Origin: an uncultured Steroidobacteraceae bacterium
GTDB taxonomy: Bacteria > Pseudomonadota > Gammaproteobacteria > Steroidobacterales > Steroidobacteraceae
Length of the DNA stretch: 64,000 nt
NCBI GenBank assembly: GCA_964489185.1
Contig: CAZAXR010000039.1
Location: 53,128 to 117,127 of the forward strand
Reading direction: 5' to 3'
Each line of letters begins with the position of its first letter. Position 1 is the stretch's first letter. The notes below the pieces were generated by a model. It did not search any database and had not been told where the DNA came from. It saw nothing but the letters and a program-made list of their open reading frames with translations. A program made the translations under genes and the position numbers. Of the stretch, positions 27,335 to 35,974 are shown one piece after another.

Positions 27335-28603
27335 ATGCGCACCCTGGTGCACGCGGCTGCGTGGCTGGCGATGCTGGTGCTCGGCGGCGCAGCAGCCGCG
27401 ACGCCTGCCGCCGAGCCCGGCCTGCAGGCGCCACCGCGCATCGTCGTCGGGTTCTCCAACGAGATGCACGGCGGGCTCGCCCCGGCCGGGGCAACCGGCA
27501 GCCGCTACGGCGGCGAAGGCTACCACGCATCCCAGGCCGCACAGCTGATGGCGCGCCGCGTCGCCGCCCAGTATGCGCTGCGGGCGGTCGCCAGCTGGCC
27601 GATCAAGGCGCTGTCGATGCACTGCGTAGTATTCGAGATCACCGACGGCAGAGCGGTGAGCGAGGTGCTCGCCGCGCTGTCCAAAGATGCGCGCGTGCTG
27701 CTGGCACAGCCGCTGCAGCAATTTCACACCCTCACTGACGCCAACGCCCAGGGCGTGTCCTACAACGACCCGCTCTATGACCTGCAGACCAATCTGGTCT
27801 CGCTCGGCATCGCCCGGGCGCACGCGCGCGCCCAGGGCGCGGGAGTGCGCGTCGCGCTCATCGACACCGGGGTCGACAGCGGGCATCCGGACCTCACCGG
27901 CCGCATCGCCGGGACGCATTCGTACCTTGCGAGCGCCGCACTGTCGCCGGCATGGCTGCGCCACGGCACTGCGATGGCGGGCGTGATCGCCGCGGTCGCC
28001 AACAATCACGTCGGCATAGTCGGTATCGCGCCGCTCGCGCAGCTGGAGATCTTCGAGGCCTGCTGGCAGCTCGAGCCGGGCAAGGACGCCGCGGCCTGCA
28101 ATACCTTCACGCTGGCGCAGGCGCTCGCCGGCGCCCTCGCCTCCGGTGCCCCGCTCGTCAATCTGAGCTTCGCCGGACCCGCGGATCCGCTGCTGACGGC
28201 GCTGGTGGAGACGGGCCTGAAGCGCGGAGTCACTTTCGTCGGTGCCGCGGCCGGCCCGCAGGCGCCGTTCCCGACGGCCATCCCCGGCGTCATCGCCGCC
28301 AGCGGCAGCGAACACCCGCTGCCGGCGGGCACCCTCGGTGCGCCGGCGGAGCACGTGCTGACGCTGCGGCCCGGTGGCGAGTACGACTTCGAGTCCGGCT
28401 CCTCGGTGGCCGCTGCGGAACTGACCGGGGTGATCGCGCTGCTGCTCTCGGCCGGCTCGCCGCGTCCCGCGGGCGCGAGTCTCGAGGAGCTGCTGCGCCA
28501 GGGCTCGGGCACGGCCGGCCAGGCCGAGCCGGTGGATGTGAACGCGGCGTTCGCGCGGCTCGATGCGCTGCGCGAATCGCGCCTGGCTTCACGCGCGCGC
28601 TGA
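27335..28603 (+). CDS. S8 family (subtilisin-like) serine peptidase with N-terminal propeptide, secreted
   Basis: ATG 27335 lies 2 nt after the anti-sigma stop, followed by a signal peptide MRTLVHAAAWLAMLVLGGAAAA. The catalytic triad motifs are VALIDTGVDSGHPDL (Asp), HGTAMAGVIAA (His) and GSSVAAAELTGVIALL (Ser). Confidence 0.85.
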   Translation: MRTLVHAAAWLAMLVLGGAAAATPAAEPGLQAPPRIVVGFSNEMHGGLAPAGATGSRYGGEGYHASQAAQLMARRVAAQYALRAVASWPIKALSMHCVVFEITDGRAVSEVLAALSKDARVLLAQPLQQFHTLTDANAQGVSYNDPLYDLQTNLVSLGIARAHARAQGAGVRVALIDTGVDSGHPDLTGRIAGTHSYLASAALSPAWLRHGTAMAGVIAAVANNHVGIVGIAPLAQLEIFEACWQLEPGKDAAACNTFTLAQALAGALASGAPLVNLSFAGPADPLLTALVETGLKRGVTFVGAAAGPQAPFPTAIPGVIAASGSEHPLPAGTLGAPAEHVLTLRPGGEYDFESGSSVAAAELTGVIALLLSAGSPRPAGASLEELLRQGSGTAGQAEPVDVNAAFARLDALRESRLASRAR

Positions 28604-28631
28604 CAGCTTGACCCGCCGAGGTGCGCTGCCC

Positions 28632-29624
28632 ATGCTGCGGCGCATGGCCCACCCGGACGACGCACACGGCCTGACCCCGGCGCTGCTCGCCCAGGCGCGC
28701 GAGCGCATCGCCGGCAAGGTGCACGTGACGCCGCTGCTGACCAGCGCCACGCTCGATGCGCAGGCCGGGGCACAGCTGTACTTCAAGTGCGAGAACCTGC
28801 AGAAGGGCGGCGCGTTCAAGGCGCGCGGGGCCACCAACGCGGTGTTCGCCCTCGACGAGGACGAGGCGCGTCACGGCGTCGCCACGCACTCCTCCGGCAA
28901 TCACGCCGCCGCGCTGGCGCGCGCCGCGCGCCTGCGTGGGATTCGTGCCTACATCGTGATGCCCGACAACAGCGCCGGGGCGAAGCGCGCGGCGGTCGAG
29001 CGCTACGGCGCCGAGATCACCTGGTGCGCACCGACCCTCGCGGCGCGCGAGAGCACCGCCCGCCAGGTGCTCGCGGCCACCGGTGCAACGCTGGTGCATC
29101 CGTACGATGACCTCATGGTGATGGCCGGACAGGCGACCGCGGCCATGGAGCTGCTGGAGCAGGCTCCGGATCTCGAGGTCATCCTGTGCCCGGTCGGGGG
29201 CGGCGGCTTGCTCGCCGGCACAGCGGTGGCGGCCAAGAGCGTGAACCCCGCGATCCGCGTGCTGGGCGTCGAGCCAGCCGGCGCCGACGACGCGGCACGC
29301 TCGCTGCGCGCCGGCGAGATCTTGCCCAGCGTGAGCCCGAACACCATTGCCGACGGGCTGCGCAGCTCGCTCGGCGTACGCCCGTTCGCCGAGATCCGCA
29401 AGCGCGTCGATGACATCGTCACCGTGTCAGAGGAGTCGATCGTGCGCGCGATGCGTACGCTCTGGGAAGTGCTCAAGACGGTGGTCGAGCCCTCGGGCGC
29501 GGTGGCCTATGCGGCGCTGCTCGATCCGCCCGCAGCGCTGCGCGGCAAGCGCATCGGGATCATCGTCAGCGGCGGCAACCTCGATCTCGACCGGCTACCC
29601 TGGAACGCGCCGGCGGCCCGCTAG
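28632..29624 (+). CDS. PLP-dependent threonine/serine dehydratase (serine-racemase-like)
   Basis: TPLLTSATLDAQAGAQLYFKCENLQKGGAFKARGATNAV...HSSGNHAAALARAA...GGGGLLAG. Confidence 0.85.
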   Translation: MLRRMAHPDDAHGLTPALLAQARERIAGKVHVTPLLTSATLDAQAGAQLYFKCENLQKGGAFKARGATNAVFALDEDEARHGVATHSSGNHAAALARAARLRGIRAYIVMPDNSAGAKRAAVERYGAEITWCAPTLAARESTARQVLAATGATLVHPYDDLMVMAGQATAAMELLEQAPDLEVILCPVGGGGLLAGTAVAAKSVNPAIRVLGVEPAGADDAARSLRAGEILPSVSPNTIADGLRSSLGVRPFAEIRKRVDDIVTVSEESIVRAMRTLWEVLKTVVEPSGAVAYAALLDPPAALRGKRIGIIVSGGNLDLDRLPWNAPAAR

Positions 29625-29627
29625 CGC

Positions 29628-30833
29628 TCAGACGCGCTCGAGCACCACCGCGATGCCCTGCCCCACGCCGATGCACATGGTGCACAGCGCATAGCGGCCG
29701 CGCACCGCCGCGAGCTGCCAGGTGGCGGTGGTCGCGAGCCGCGCTCCGGACATGCCGAGCGGATGGCCGAGCGCGATGGCGCCGCCGTTGGGGTTGACGT
29801 GCGCGGCGTCGTGCGGCAGCTCCAGTTCCCGCAGCACCGCGAGCGCCTGCGCGGCGAAGGCCTCGTTGAGTTCGATGACCTCGAGCTGCCCGAGTGCGAG
29901 CCGCGCCAGTGACAACACCTTGCGCGTCGCCGGTACGGGTCCCATTCCCATGATGCGCGGTTCCACGCCGGCAGTGGCGGCGGCAACGATGCGGGCACGC
30001 GGTGTCAGGTCGAAGCGCCGCGCCGCCTGTTCGGAGGCGATGAGCAGCGCCGCCGCCCCGTCGTTGACGCCGGAGGCGTTGCCGGCGGTGACCGTGCCGC
30101 CGGCGCGAAACGGGGTGGGAAGCGCCGCGAGCTGCTCGAGGGTGGTCTCCGGGCGCGGATGCTCATCCCGCGTCACGCTGAGCGTCGTGCCCTTGCGCTG
30201 CGGGATCTCCACCGCCACCAGCTCCGCATCATAGAAGCCGCGCGCGTAAGCAGCCGCGGTGCGCTGCTGGCTGCGCAGTGCGAAGCGGTCCTGGTCGGCG
30301 CGGGTAATGTGGAACTGCGCGGCGACGTTTTCACCGGTCTCGGGCATCGAGTCGACGCCGTAACGCTCCTTGAGGCGCGGGTTGATGAAGCGCCAGCCGA
30401 TGGTGGTGTCGTGGATCTCCGCGTGGCGGCTGAAGGGGCTATCGGCCTTGGGCAGGACGAAGGGTGCGCGCGACATCGATTCGACGCCGCCGGCGAGCAC
30501 CACTTCAGCCTCGCCGGCGCGGATGATGCGCGCGGCGCTCGCCACCGCATCGAGCCCCGAGCCGCACAGCCGGTTCAGCGTCGCTGCGGGTACCGACACC
30601 GGCAGTCCCGCGAGCAGCGCTGCCATGCGCGCGACATTGCGGTTGTCCTCGCCCGCCTGGTTGGCGCAGCCCAGCAGCACCTCTTCGATGGCGGCGGGCT
30701 CAAGTGCGGGATTGCGCCGCATGAGCGCCGCCAGCGCAATCGCGGCCAGATCATCGGCACGTACCGCCGCGAGGGCGCCGCCGTAGCGCCCGATGGGGGT
30801 TCGGACGGCATCGCAGATGAAGGCGTCTGTCAT
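29628..30833 (-). CDS. Thiolase (3-oxoadipyl-CoA / acetyl-CoA C-acyltransferase, PcaF/PaaJ-like)
   Basis: MTDAFICDAVRTPIGRYGGAL...LNRLCGSGLDAV...GWRFINP...NPNGGAIALGHPLGMSGARL...CIGVGQGIAVVLERV (401 aa). Confidence 0.9.
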   Translation of the reverse strand: MTDAFICDAVRTPIGRYGGALAAVRADDLAAIALAALMRRNPALEPAAIEEVLLGCANQAGEDNRNVARMAALLAGLPVSVPAATLNRLCGSGLDAVASAARIIRAGEAEVVLAGGVESMSRAPFVLPKADSPFSRHAEIHDTTIGWRFINPRLKERYGVDSMPETGENVAAQFHITRADQDRFALRSQQRTAAAYARGFYDAELVAVEIPQRKGTTLSVTRDEHPRPETTLEQLAALPTPFRAGGTVTAGNASGVNDGAAALLIASEQAARRFDLTPRARIVAAATAGVEPRIMGMGPVPATRKVLSLARLALGQLEVIELNEAFAAQALAVLRELELPHDAAHVNPNGGAIALGHPLGMSGARLATTATWQLAAVRGRYALCTMCIGVGQGIAVVLERV

Positions 30834-30990
30834 GGCGCTGCCATCATAAGCCGCCCATGCACCGCGAGGCACTGCCGGGCGCGGCGTACCGGTTGGCACC
30901 CGGTACAGTTCGCGCCGCGTGACCGCGGCTGTATCTGCCTCGCAGCCAGCGCTTCACGCACCCTGCTGCTCCCGCTACCAGGATGCACCC

Positions 30991-31578
30991 ATGCCCGACC
31001 CGCTGCCCTTCATCACCTATACCTTCGTCATGTCGATCACGCCCGGACCGAACAACGTCATGCTGACGGCCTCGGGCGCGAACTTCGGCTTGCGGCGCAC
31101 CGTGCCGCATCTCCTCGGGGTCGTCACCGGCTTCGTCGTGCAGCTGCTGGCGGTGTGCGCGGGACTCTCGGCGCTGTTCGCGCGCTGGCCCGCGCTGCAG
31201 AGCACGCTCGCCTGGGTGGGGGCCGCGTACCTTGTGTACCTCGGCTGGCGCATGCTGCGCCTGGAGAGCGCGCAGGCCGGCGCTGCCACGCGGCCGGTCA
31301 GCTTTCTCGAGGCGGCGCTGTTCCAGTTCCTCAATCCCAAGGCCTGGGTGATGACCATTACCTCCGCCACCCTGTTCCTGCCGCAGGAGCTGTCGTGGCT
31401 GGCCCGCGGCGCCTACATGGCGGGCATCACCGAGGGTATCGGCGTGCCGTGCATGGCGGTGTGGGCGCTGTTCGGCAGCTCGCTGCGGGGCCTGCTCGCG
31501 GCGCCCCGCGGGCGGCAGGTATTCAATGCCGCCATGGCGCTTGCACTGGCCACCACCGCGTTCATGATGGTGCGCTAG
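30991..31578 (+). CDS. LysE/RhtB family amino-acid exporter
   Basis: MPDPLPFITYTFVMSITPGPNNVMLTASGANFG...LNPKAWV is the LysE signature, with about 6 TM segments. Confidence 0.85.
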   Translation: MPDPLPFITYTFVMSITPGPNNVMLTASGANFGLRRTVPHLLGVVTGFVVQLLAVCAGLSALFARWPALQSTLAWVGAAYLVYLGWRMLRLESAQAGAATRPVSFLEAALFQFLNPKAWVMTITSATLFLPQELSWLARGAYMAGITEGIGVPCMAVWALFGSSLRGLLAAPRGRQVFNAAMALALATTAFMMVR

Positions 31579-31600
31579 ACAGAGCGGTGCGGGGACGCAC

Positions 31601-33001
31601 ATGTTCGAGCTGACGCGGGACTCGCAGGTCCCGCTGGTCGATCAGATCTGCGAGCACGTCACACAGCTGGTGCGCCACGGCCAGCTGCCCGCCGGCGCCC
31701 GCCTGCCCTCGATCCGCCGGCTGGCGCGCCAGGTGCATGCCAGCCCCTTCACGGTGGTGGACGCCTACGACCGGCTGGTGGCGCGCGGGCTGCTCGAGTC
31801 GCGCGCCGGGCGCGGATTCTTCGTGACGCAGCGCCATCTGTCGCCGCCGCTGGTGGCGGTCGAGGCGCTCGGCGACGCCGGCTCGGACGCGCTGGCCCTG
31901 GCGCGCCTGTGCGTCTCGCACCCCGCCGACGTGGTCGCCGCCGGCTCGGGGTTCCTGCCGGAGAGCTGGCTCCTGGAGGCAGCCTCCGCGGGCGTGCTCA
32001 CGCGCCTCGCCCGCAGCCGCCGCGCGCGGCCGTGGGTGCCGTGCCCGCCGCAGGGGCTGACGGAGCTGCGCGAGCAGATCGCCGCGCGGCTGCTGCAGCA
32101 GGGCATCGCGGCGAGCGCCGCGAACATCGTGACTACCTACGGCGCAAGCCACGCCTTCGACCTGCTGGCCCGCATCCTGTTTGCCCCGGGCGATGCGGTG
32201 CTGGTGGAGGACCCCGGGTACTTCATCCTGTTCGAGCAGCTGCGCGCCCATCACGTGCATCTGATTCCGGTAGCGCGCCGCGCCGATGGACCGGACCTCG
32301 AGGGGCTGGAGGCCGCCTGCCGCGCGCACCGCCCACGCGCCTTCTTCATGCAGACCTTGGTGCACAACCCCACCGGCTACAGCGCCGATCCCGCGCACTG
32401 TCACCGCATCCTGTCGCTCGCCGAGCAGTACGGGTTTGCGATCGTCGAGGACGATGTGTACGGGGATCTGTACCAGGGACCGGCGGTGCGCCTTGCGCAG
32501 ATCGACGGCCTGCGCCATGTCATCTACGTCCACAGCTACACCAAGCTCATCGGCCCCTCGGTGCGCGTCGGCTATGTCGCGGCCGATGCCGCGCTGGTGG
32601 CGCGGCTGGTGGAGCGCAAGGTGCTGTCGGTGCTGTCCGGCTCGACGCTGCTGGAGTGTGTCGTGTCCGAGGTGCTCGACGGCGGCCGCTACAAGCGCCA
32701 CGTGGAGCAGACGCGCGCGCGCCTGGCGCGCATGCGGCGCGATGCGCGCGCCGCGCTCGAGTCCGCCGGCGTGCGCTTCGATGCGGCCCCCGGCGAGGGC
32801 ATCTTTCTGTGGGGACAGCTGCCCGACGAGGTGGCGATGGACGAGCTGGTGCGCCGCGCCTGGCAGCGCTCGATCCTGCTGGCGCGCGGCTCGCTGTTCT
32901 CACCCGCGCAGCGCTGCGCACAGTGGCTGCGTTTCAACGCCGCCCACAGCAACAGCCCGCCTCTCGTGCAGTTCCTGCGCGAGGCGCTGCACGCGGGCTG
33001 A
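31601..33001 (+). CDS. MocR-type regulator (GntR HTH fused to aminotransferase class I/II domain)
   Basis: The N-terminus LVDQICEHVTQLVRHGQLPAGARLPSIRRLARQVHASPFTVVDAYDRLVARGLLESRAGRGFFV is a GntR winged helix. The C-terminal aminotransferase-like domain contains HSYTKLIGPSVRVGYV. Confidence 0.85.
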   Translation: MFELTRDSQVPLVDQICEHVTQLVRHGQLPAGARLPSIRRLARQVHASPFTVVDAYDRLVARGLLESRAGRGFFVTQRHLSPPLVAVEALGDAGSDALALARLCVSHPADVVAAGSGFLPESWLLEAASAGVLTRLARSRRARPWVPCPPQGLTELREQIAARLLQQGIAASAANIVTTYGASHAFDLLARILFAPGDAVLVEDPGYFILFEQLRAHHVHLIPVARRADGPDLEGLEAACRAHRPRAFFMQTLVHNPTGYSADPAHCHRILSLAEQYGFAIVEDDVYGDLYQGPAVRLAQIDGLRHVIYVHSYTKLIGPSVRVGYVAADAALVARLVERKVLSVLSGSTLLECVVSEVLDGGRYKRHVEQTRARLARMRRDARAALESAGVRFDAAPGEGIFLWGQLPDEVAMDELVRRAWQRSILLARGSLFSPAQRCAQWLRFNAAHSNSPPLVQFLREALHAG

Positions 33002-33016
33002 GCCCGGAGTACGGCA

Positions 33017-33488
33017 GTGCGGGTCTGCGCCGCCTGCGAGGCCGACCTGGCGGGCATCAGCGCCATCTACAACGAGGTCGTCGCCACCTCCACCGCCATC
33101 TTCTCGCACCTGCCGGTCACTCCCGAGGAGCGCGCCCACTGGTGGCAATCGCGCCTCGCACACGGCTACCCGTGCTGGTGGCCCGCGATGCGCACGGGGT
33201 CGTCGGCTTTGCCAGCTTCGGGGAGTTCCGCGCCTGGCCGGGCTATCGCTTCACGGTCGAGCACACGGTGCACGTGCGCGCCGACGGCCGCGGCCGCGGC
33301 ATCGGCAGCGCGCTGATGCGCGCGCTGTTGACGCACACCGCCGTGCTCGGCAAGCACGTCATGGTGGCGGCATCGGCTTCCACGAGCGCCTCGGGTTCGA
33401 GCGCGCCGACCGCCTGCGGGAAGTAGGTTACAAGTTTGACCGCTGGCTCGACTTGGTTTTTCTGCAGCGCGCGATCCAGGACCGGTAA
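33017..33488 (+). pseudogene. GNAT acetyltransferase (phosphinothricin-acetyltransferase-like), frame-disrupted
   Basis: The family sequence is spread over three frames. VRVCAACEADLAGISAIYNEVVATSTAIFSHLPVTPEERAHWWQSRLAHGYP is in the first. VLVARDAHGVVGFASFGEFRAWPGYRFTVEHTVHVRADGRGRGIGSALMRALLTHTAVLGKHVMVAA is in the second. GIGFHERLGFERADRLREVGYKFDRWLDLVFLQRAI is in the third. There is one missing G at CCG(G)TG, about 33170. The second junction, near 33370, seems to lack about 7-8 codons. Confidence 0.65.
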
Positions 33489-33497
33489 GATGGCGGC

Positions 33498-34094
33498 ATG
33501 TTTTCCGTGCCGCCCGCCACGCGCGCCCTGATCTTCATCAACGTCGGCGTATTCCTGCTGCAGCTGTTCGCGGGCAGCGCCGTCGAACAGCTATTTGCGC
33601 TGTGGCCGCTGGGCAGCGGCCAGTTCCGAGCGTGGCAGCTGCTGAGCTACGCCTTCCTGCACGACCCCCAAAACCTCAAGCACATCTTCCTCAACATGTT
33701 CGCGTTATTCATGTTCGGCCGCGCGCTGGAGATGCACTGGGGCGGCCGGCGCTTCGTTGTGTTCTACCTGGTGTGTGTGCTCACCGCCGCCCTGACACAG
33801 CTCGCCGTGCAGGGCGCCTCCAGCGAACCGCAGCCAGTAATCGGAGCTTCGGGCGGAGTGTTCGGGGTGCTGCTGGCGTTCGCCTGGTACTTCCCGCGCG
33901 AACGGCTGTTCCTGATTCCGATCCCGATCCCGATCCCGGCGTGGCTGTTCGTGACGCTGTACGCATTTGTCGAGCTGTTCCTCGGGGTCACCGGGCGCGA
34001 GGCGGGCGTGGCGCATTTTGCGCATCTCGGCGGCATGCTGGGCGGGGCACTATGCATCGGGTACTGGCGCGCCCGCCGTCGCTTCGGCTCCTGA
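33498..34094 (+). CDS. Rhomboid family intramembrane serine protease
   Basis: There are six TM segments. Motifs are WQLLSYAFLH, the catalytic GASGGVFGVL and HFAHLGGMLGG. Confidence 0.9.
   Translation: MFSVPPATRALIFINVGVFLLQLFAGSAVEQLFALWPLGSGQFRAWQLLSYAFLHDPQNLKHIFLNMFALFMFGRALEMHWGGRRFVVFYLVCVLTAALTQLAVQGASSEPQPVIGASGGVFGVLLAFAWYFPRERLFLIPIPIPIPAWLFVTLYAFVELFLGVTGREAGVAHFAHLGGMLGGALCIGYWRARRRFGS
33918..33938 (+). repeat. (CCGATC)x3 hexanucleotide tandem repeat inside the rhomboid gene, encoding PIPIPIP
   Basis: The sequence reads ttCCGATCCCGATCCCGATCCCGgc, a short in-frame microsatellite. Confidence 0.8.
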
Positions 34095-34302
34095 GGCGGC
34101 GGGGCTGGTCACGGACCGGCACCCGTGCCGGTTGGCCGGCTTACCTCTCCTCGCGACTCCCTGAGGTATTGTTCGTAGATTAAGGATACTTCACAAAAAG
34201 ACTTCGAGGTTGAAATCCGCCCCGCGGCGCCGGCAAAATCGCGCGCTTTCGACGCGATGGGAACTTTTCCGGCACGCCCCGAACGAAAGAGCCGAAACTC
34301 TC

Positions 34303-35226
34303 ATGATCAAGACCGAACACCTCACCAAGCGCTACGACACCCTCACCGCGGTAGATGATGTGAGTTTCGAGGTGGGACCGGGCGAGGTGCTCGGCTTCCT
34401 CGGACCCAATGGCGCCGGCAAGACCACGACCATGCGCATGCTCGCCGGGTTCGTGACGCCCACCTCCGGGCGCGCCAGCATCTGCGGCCACGACGTCGAG
34501 AGCAGCCCGCTGGAAGCCAAGGCGGCCCTGGGCTACCTGCCCGAGGGCGCGCCGAGCTACGGCGAGATGAGCGTGCGCCGTTTTCTCAGTTTCATCGCCG
34601 ACGTGCGCGCACTTGAGGGCGCGCGGCGCGCCGCGCGCCTGGCCCACGTCATCGAGCACCTGCAACTCGGCGGGGTGCTCGAGCAGACCATCGATACGCT
34701 GTCCAAGGGCTTCCGGCGTCGCGTGGGGCTGGCACAGGCGATCATGCACGACCCGCCGGTGCTCGTCCTGGATGAGCCGACCGACGGACTCGACCCCAAC
34801 CAAAAGCACGAAGTGCGTACGCTCATCAACGACATGGCGCGCGACAAGATCATCGTCATCTCCACTCATATCCTCGAGGAGGTCGACGCCGTCTGCACCC
34901 GCGCCATCATCATCGCGCGCGGCCGCATCGTCGCGGACGACACGCCCGCGGGGCTGGCGGCGCGCTCGCGTTATCACAACGCGGTGTCGATGCAGCTCGA
35001 GCAGCCGGCGCAGCTCATGAGCGCGCGCGCCGCCGTGGCAGCCCTGCCGGCGGTCGAGCGTGTGGAGGTGAGCGAGCGCGATGCGCGCCTCACCGCGCTG
35101 CCGCAGACCGGCGCCACCATCCTGGCGGCGGTATCGGAGCTCGCCGCGCGCAGCGGACTGAAACTGAAGGAACTGCACCTGGAATCGGGACGCCTCGACG
35201 AAGTGTTCCGCACCATCACCGCCTGA
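34303..35226 (+). CDS. ABC transporter ATP-binding protein (GldA-like, ABC-2 type)
   Basis: MIKTEHLTKRYDTLTAVDDVSFEVGPGEVLGFLGPNGAGKTTTMRML contains Walker A. The signature is LSKGFRRRVGLAQA and Walker B is VLVLDEPTDGLD. Confidence 0.9.
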   Translation: MIKTEHLTKRYDTLTAVDDVSFEVGPGEVLGFLGPNGAGKTTTMRMLAGFVTPTSGRASICGHDVESSPLEAKAALGYLPEGAPSYGEMSVRRFLSFIADVRALEGARRAARLAHVIEHLQLGGVLEQTIDTLSKGFRRRVGLAQAIMHDPPVLVLDEPTDGLDPNQKHEVRTLINDMARDKIIVISTHILEEVDAVCTRAIIIARGRIVADDTPAGLAARSRYHNAVSMQLEQPAQLMSARAAVAALPAVERVEVSERDARLTALPQTGATILAAVSELAARSGLKLKELHLESGRLDEVFRTITA

Positions 35227-35239
35227 GGAACCGACCACC

Positions 35240-35974
35240 ATGCGCAACGTGGGCATCATCATGCGCCGCGAGCTTGCGAGCTATTTCGCAACCCCGCTGG
35301 CCTACGTCTTCATCCTGATCTTCCTGGTGCTGGCGAACGCCTTCGCCTTCTACCTCGGCGGCTTCTACGAGCGCGGCCAGGCGGACCTCGACCCGTTCTT
35401 CACCTTCCATCCGTGGCTGTACCTGTTCCTGATCCCGGCCATCTCCATGAAGCTGTGGGCGGAGGAGCGCAAGTCCGGGAGCATCGAGCTGCTCATGACG
35501 CAGCCGGTGAAGCTGTGGGACGCGGTACTCGGCAAGTTCCTGGCCGCCTGGATCTTCACCGCGCTGGCGCTGGCGCTCACCTTCCCGCTGTGGATCACGG
35601 TCAACTATCTCGGCCATCCGGACAACGGCGCAATCCTGGCCGCTTACCTCGGCAGCCTGATGCTCGCCGGCGGCTTTCTCGCGGTGGGCTCGTGCATGTC
35701 GGCCCTGACGCGCAGCCAGGTGGTGGCGTTCATCCTGGCGGTGGTGGTGTGCTTCGCGTTCCTGCTGGCGGGCTTCCCGCTGGTGCTCGACGCCTTCCAT
35801 GGCTGGGCGCCGCAAATGCTGGTCGATGCGATCGCCTCGCTCTCCTTCCTCACCCATTTCGACTCCATCATGAAGGGCGTCATCGACGTGCGTGACCTGC
35901 TGTACTTCGCGATGCTGATCGGGTTCTTCCTGCTCGCGACCGCGATCACCCTCGAGCTGCGCAAAGACCTATGA
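35240..35974 (+). CDS. ABC-2 type transporter permease (GldF-like)
   Basis: RRELASYFATPLAYVFILIFLVL...EERKSGSIELLMTQPV, with six TM segments. Confidence 0.85.
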   Translation: MRNVGIIMRRELASYFATPLAYVFILIFLVLANAFAFYLGGFYERGQADLDPFFTFHPWLYLFLIPAISMKLWAEERKSGSIELLMTQPVKLWDAVLGKFLAAWIFTALALALTFPLWITVNYLGHPDNGAILAAYLGSLMLAGGFLAVGSCMSALTRSQVVAFILAVVVCFAFLLAGFPLVLDAFHGWAPQMLVDAIASLSFLTHFDSIMKGVIDVRDLLYFAMLIGFFLLATAITLELRKDL

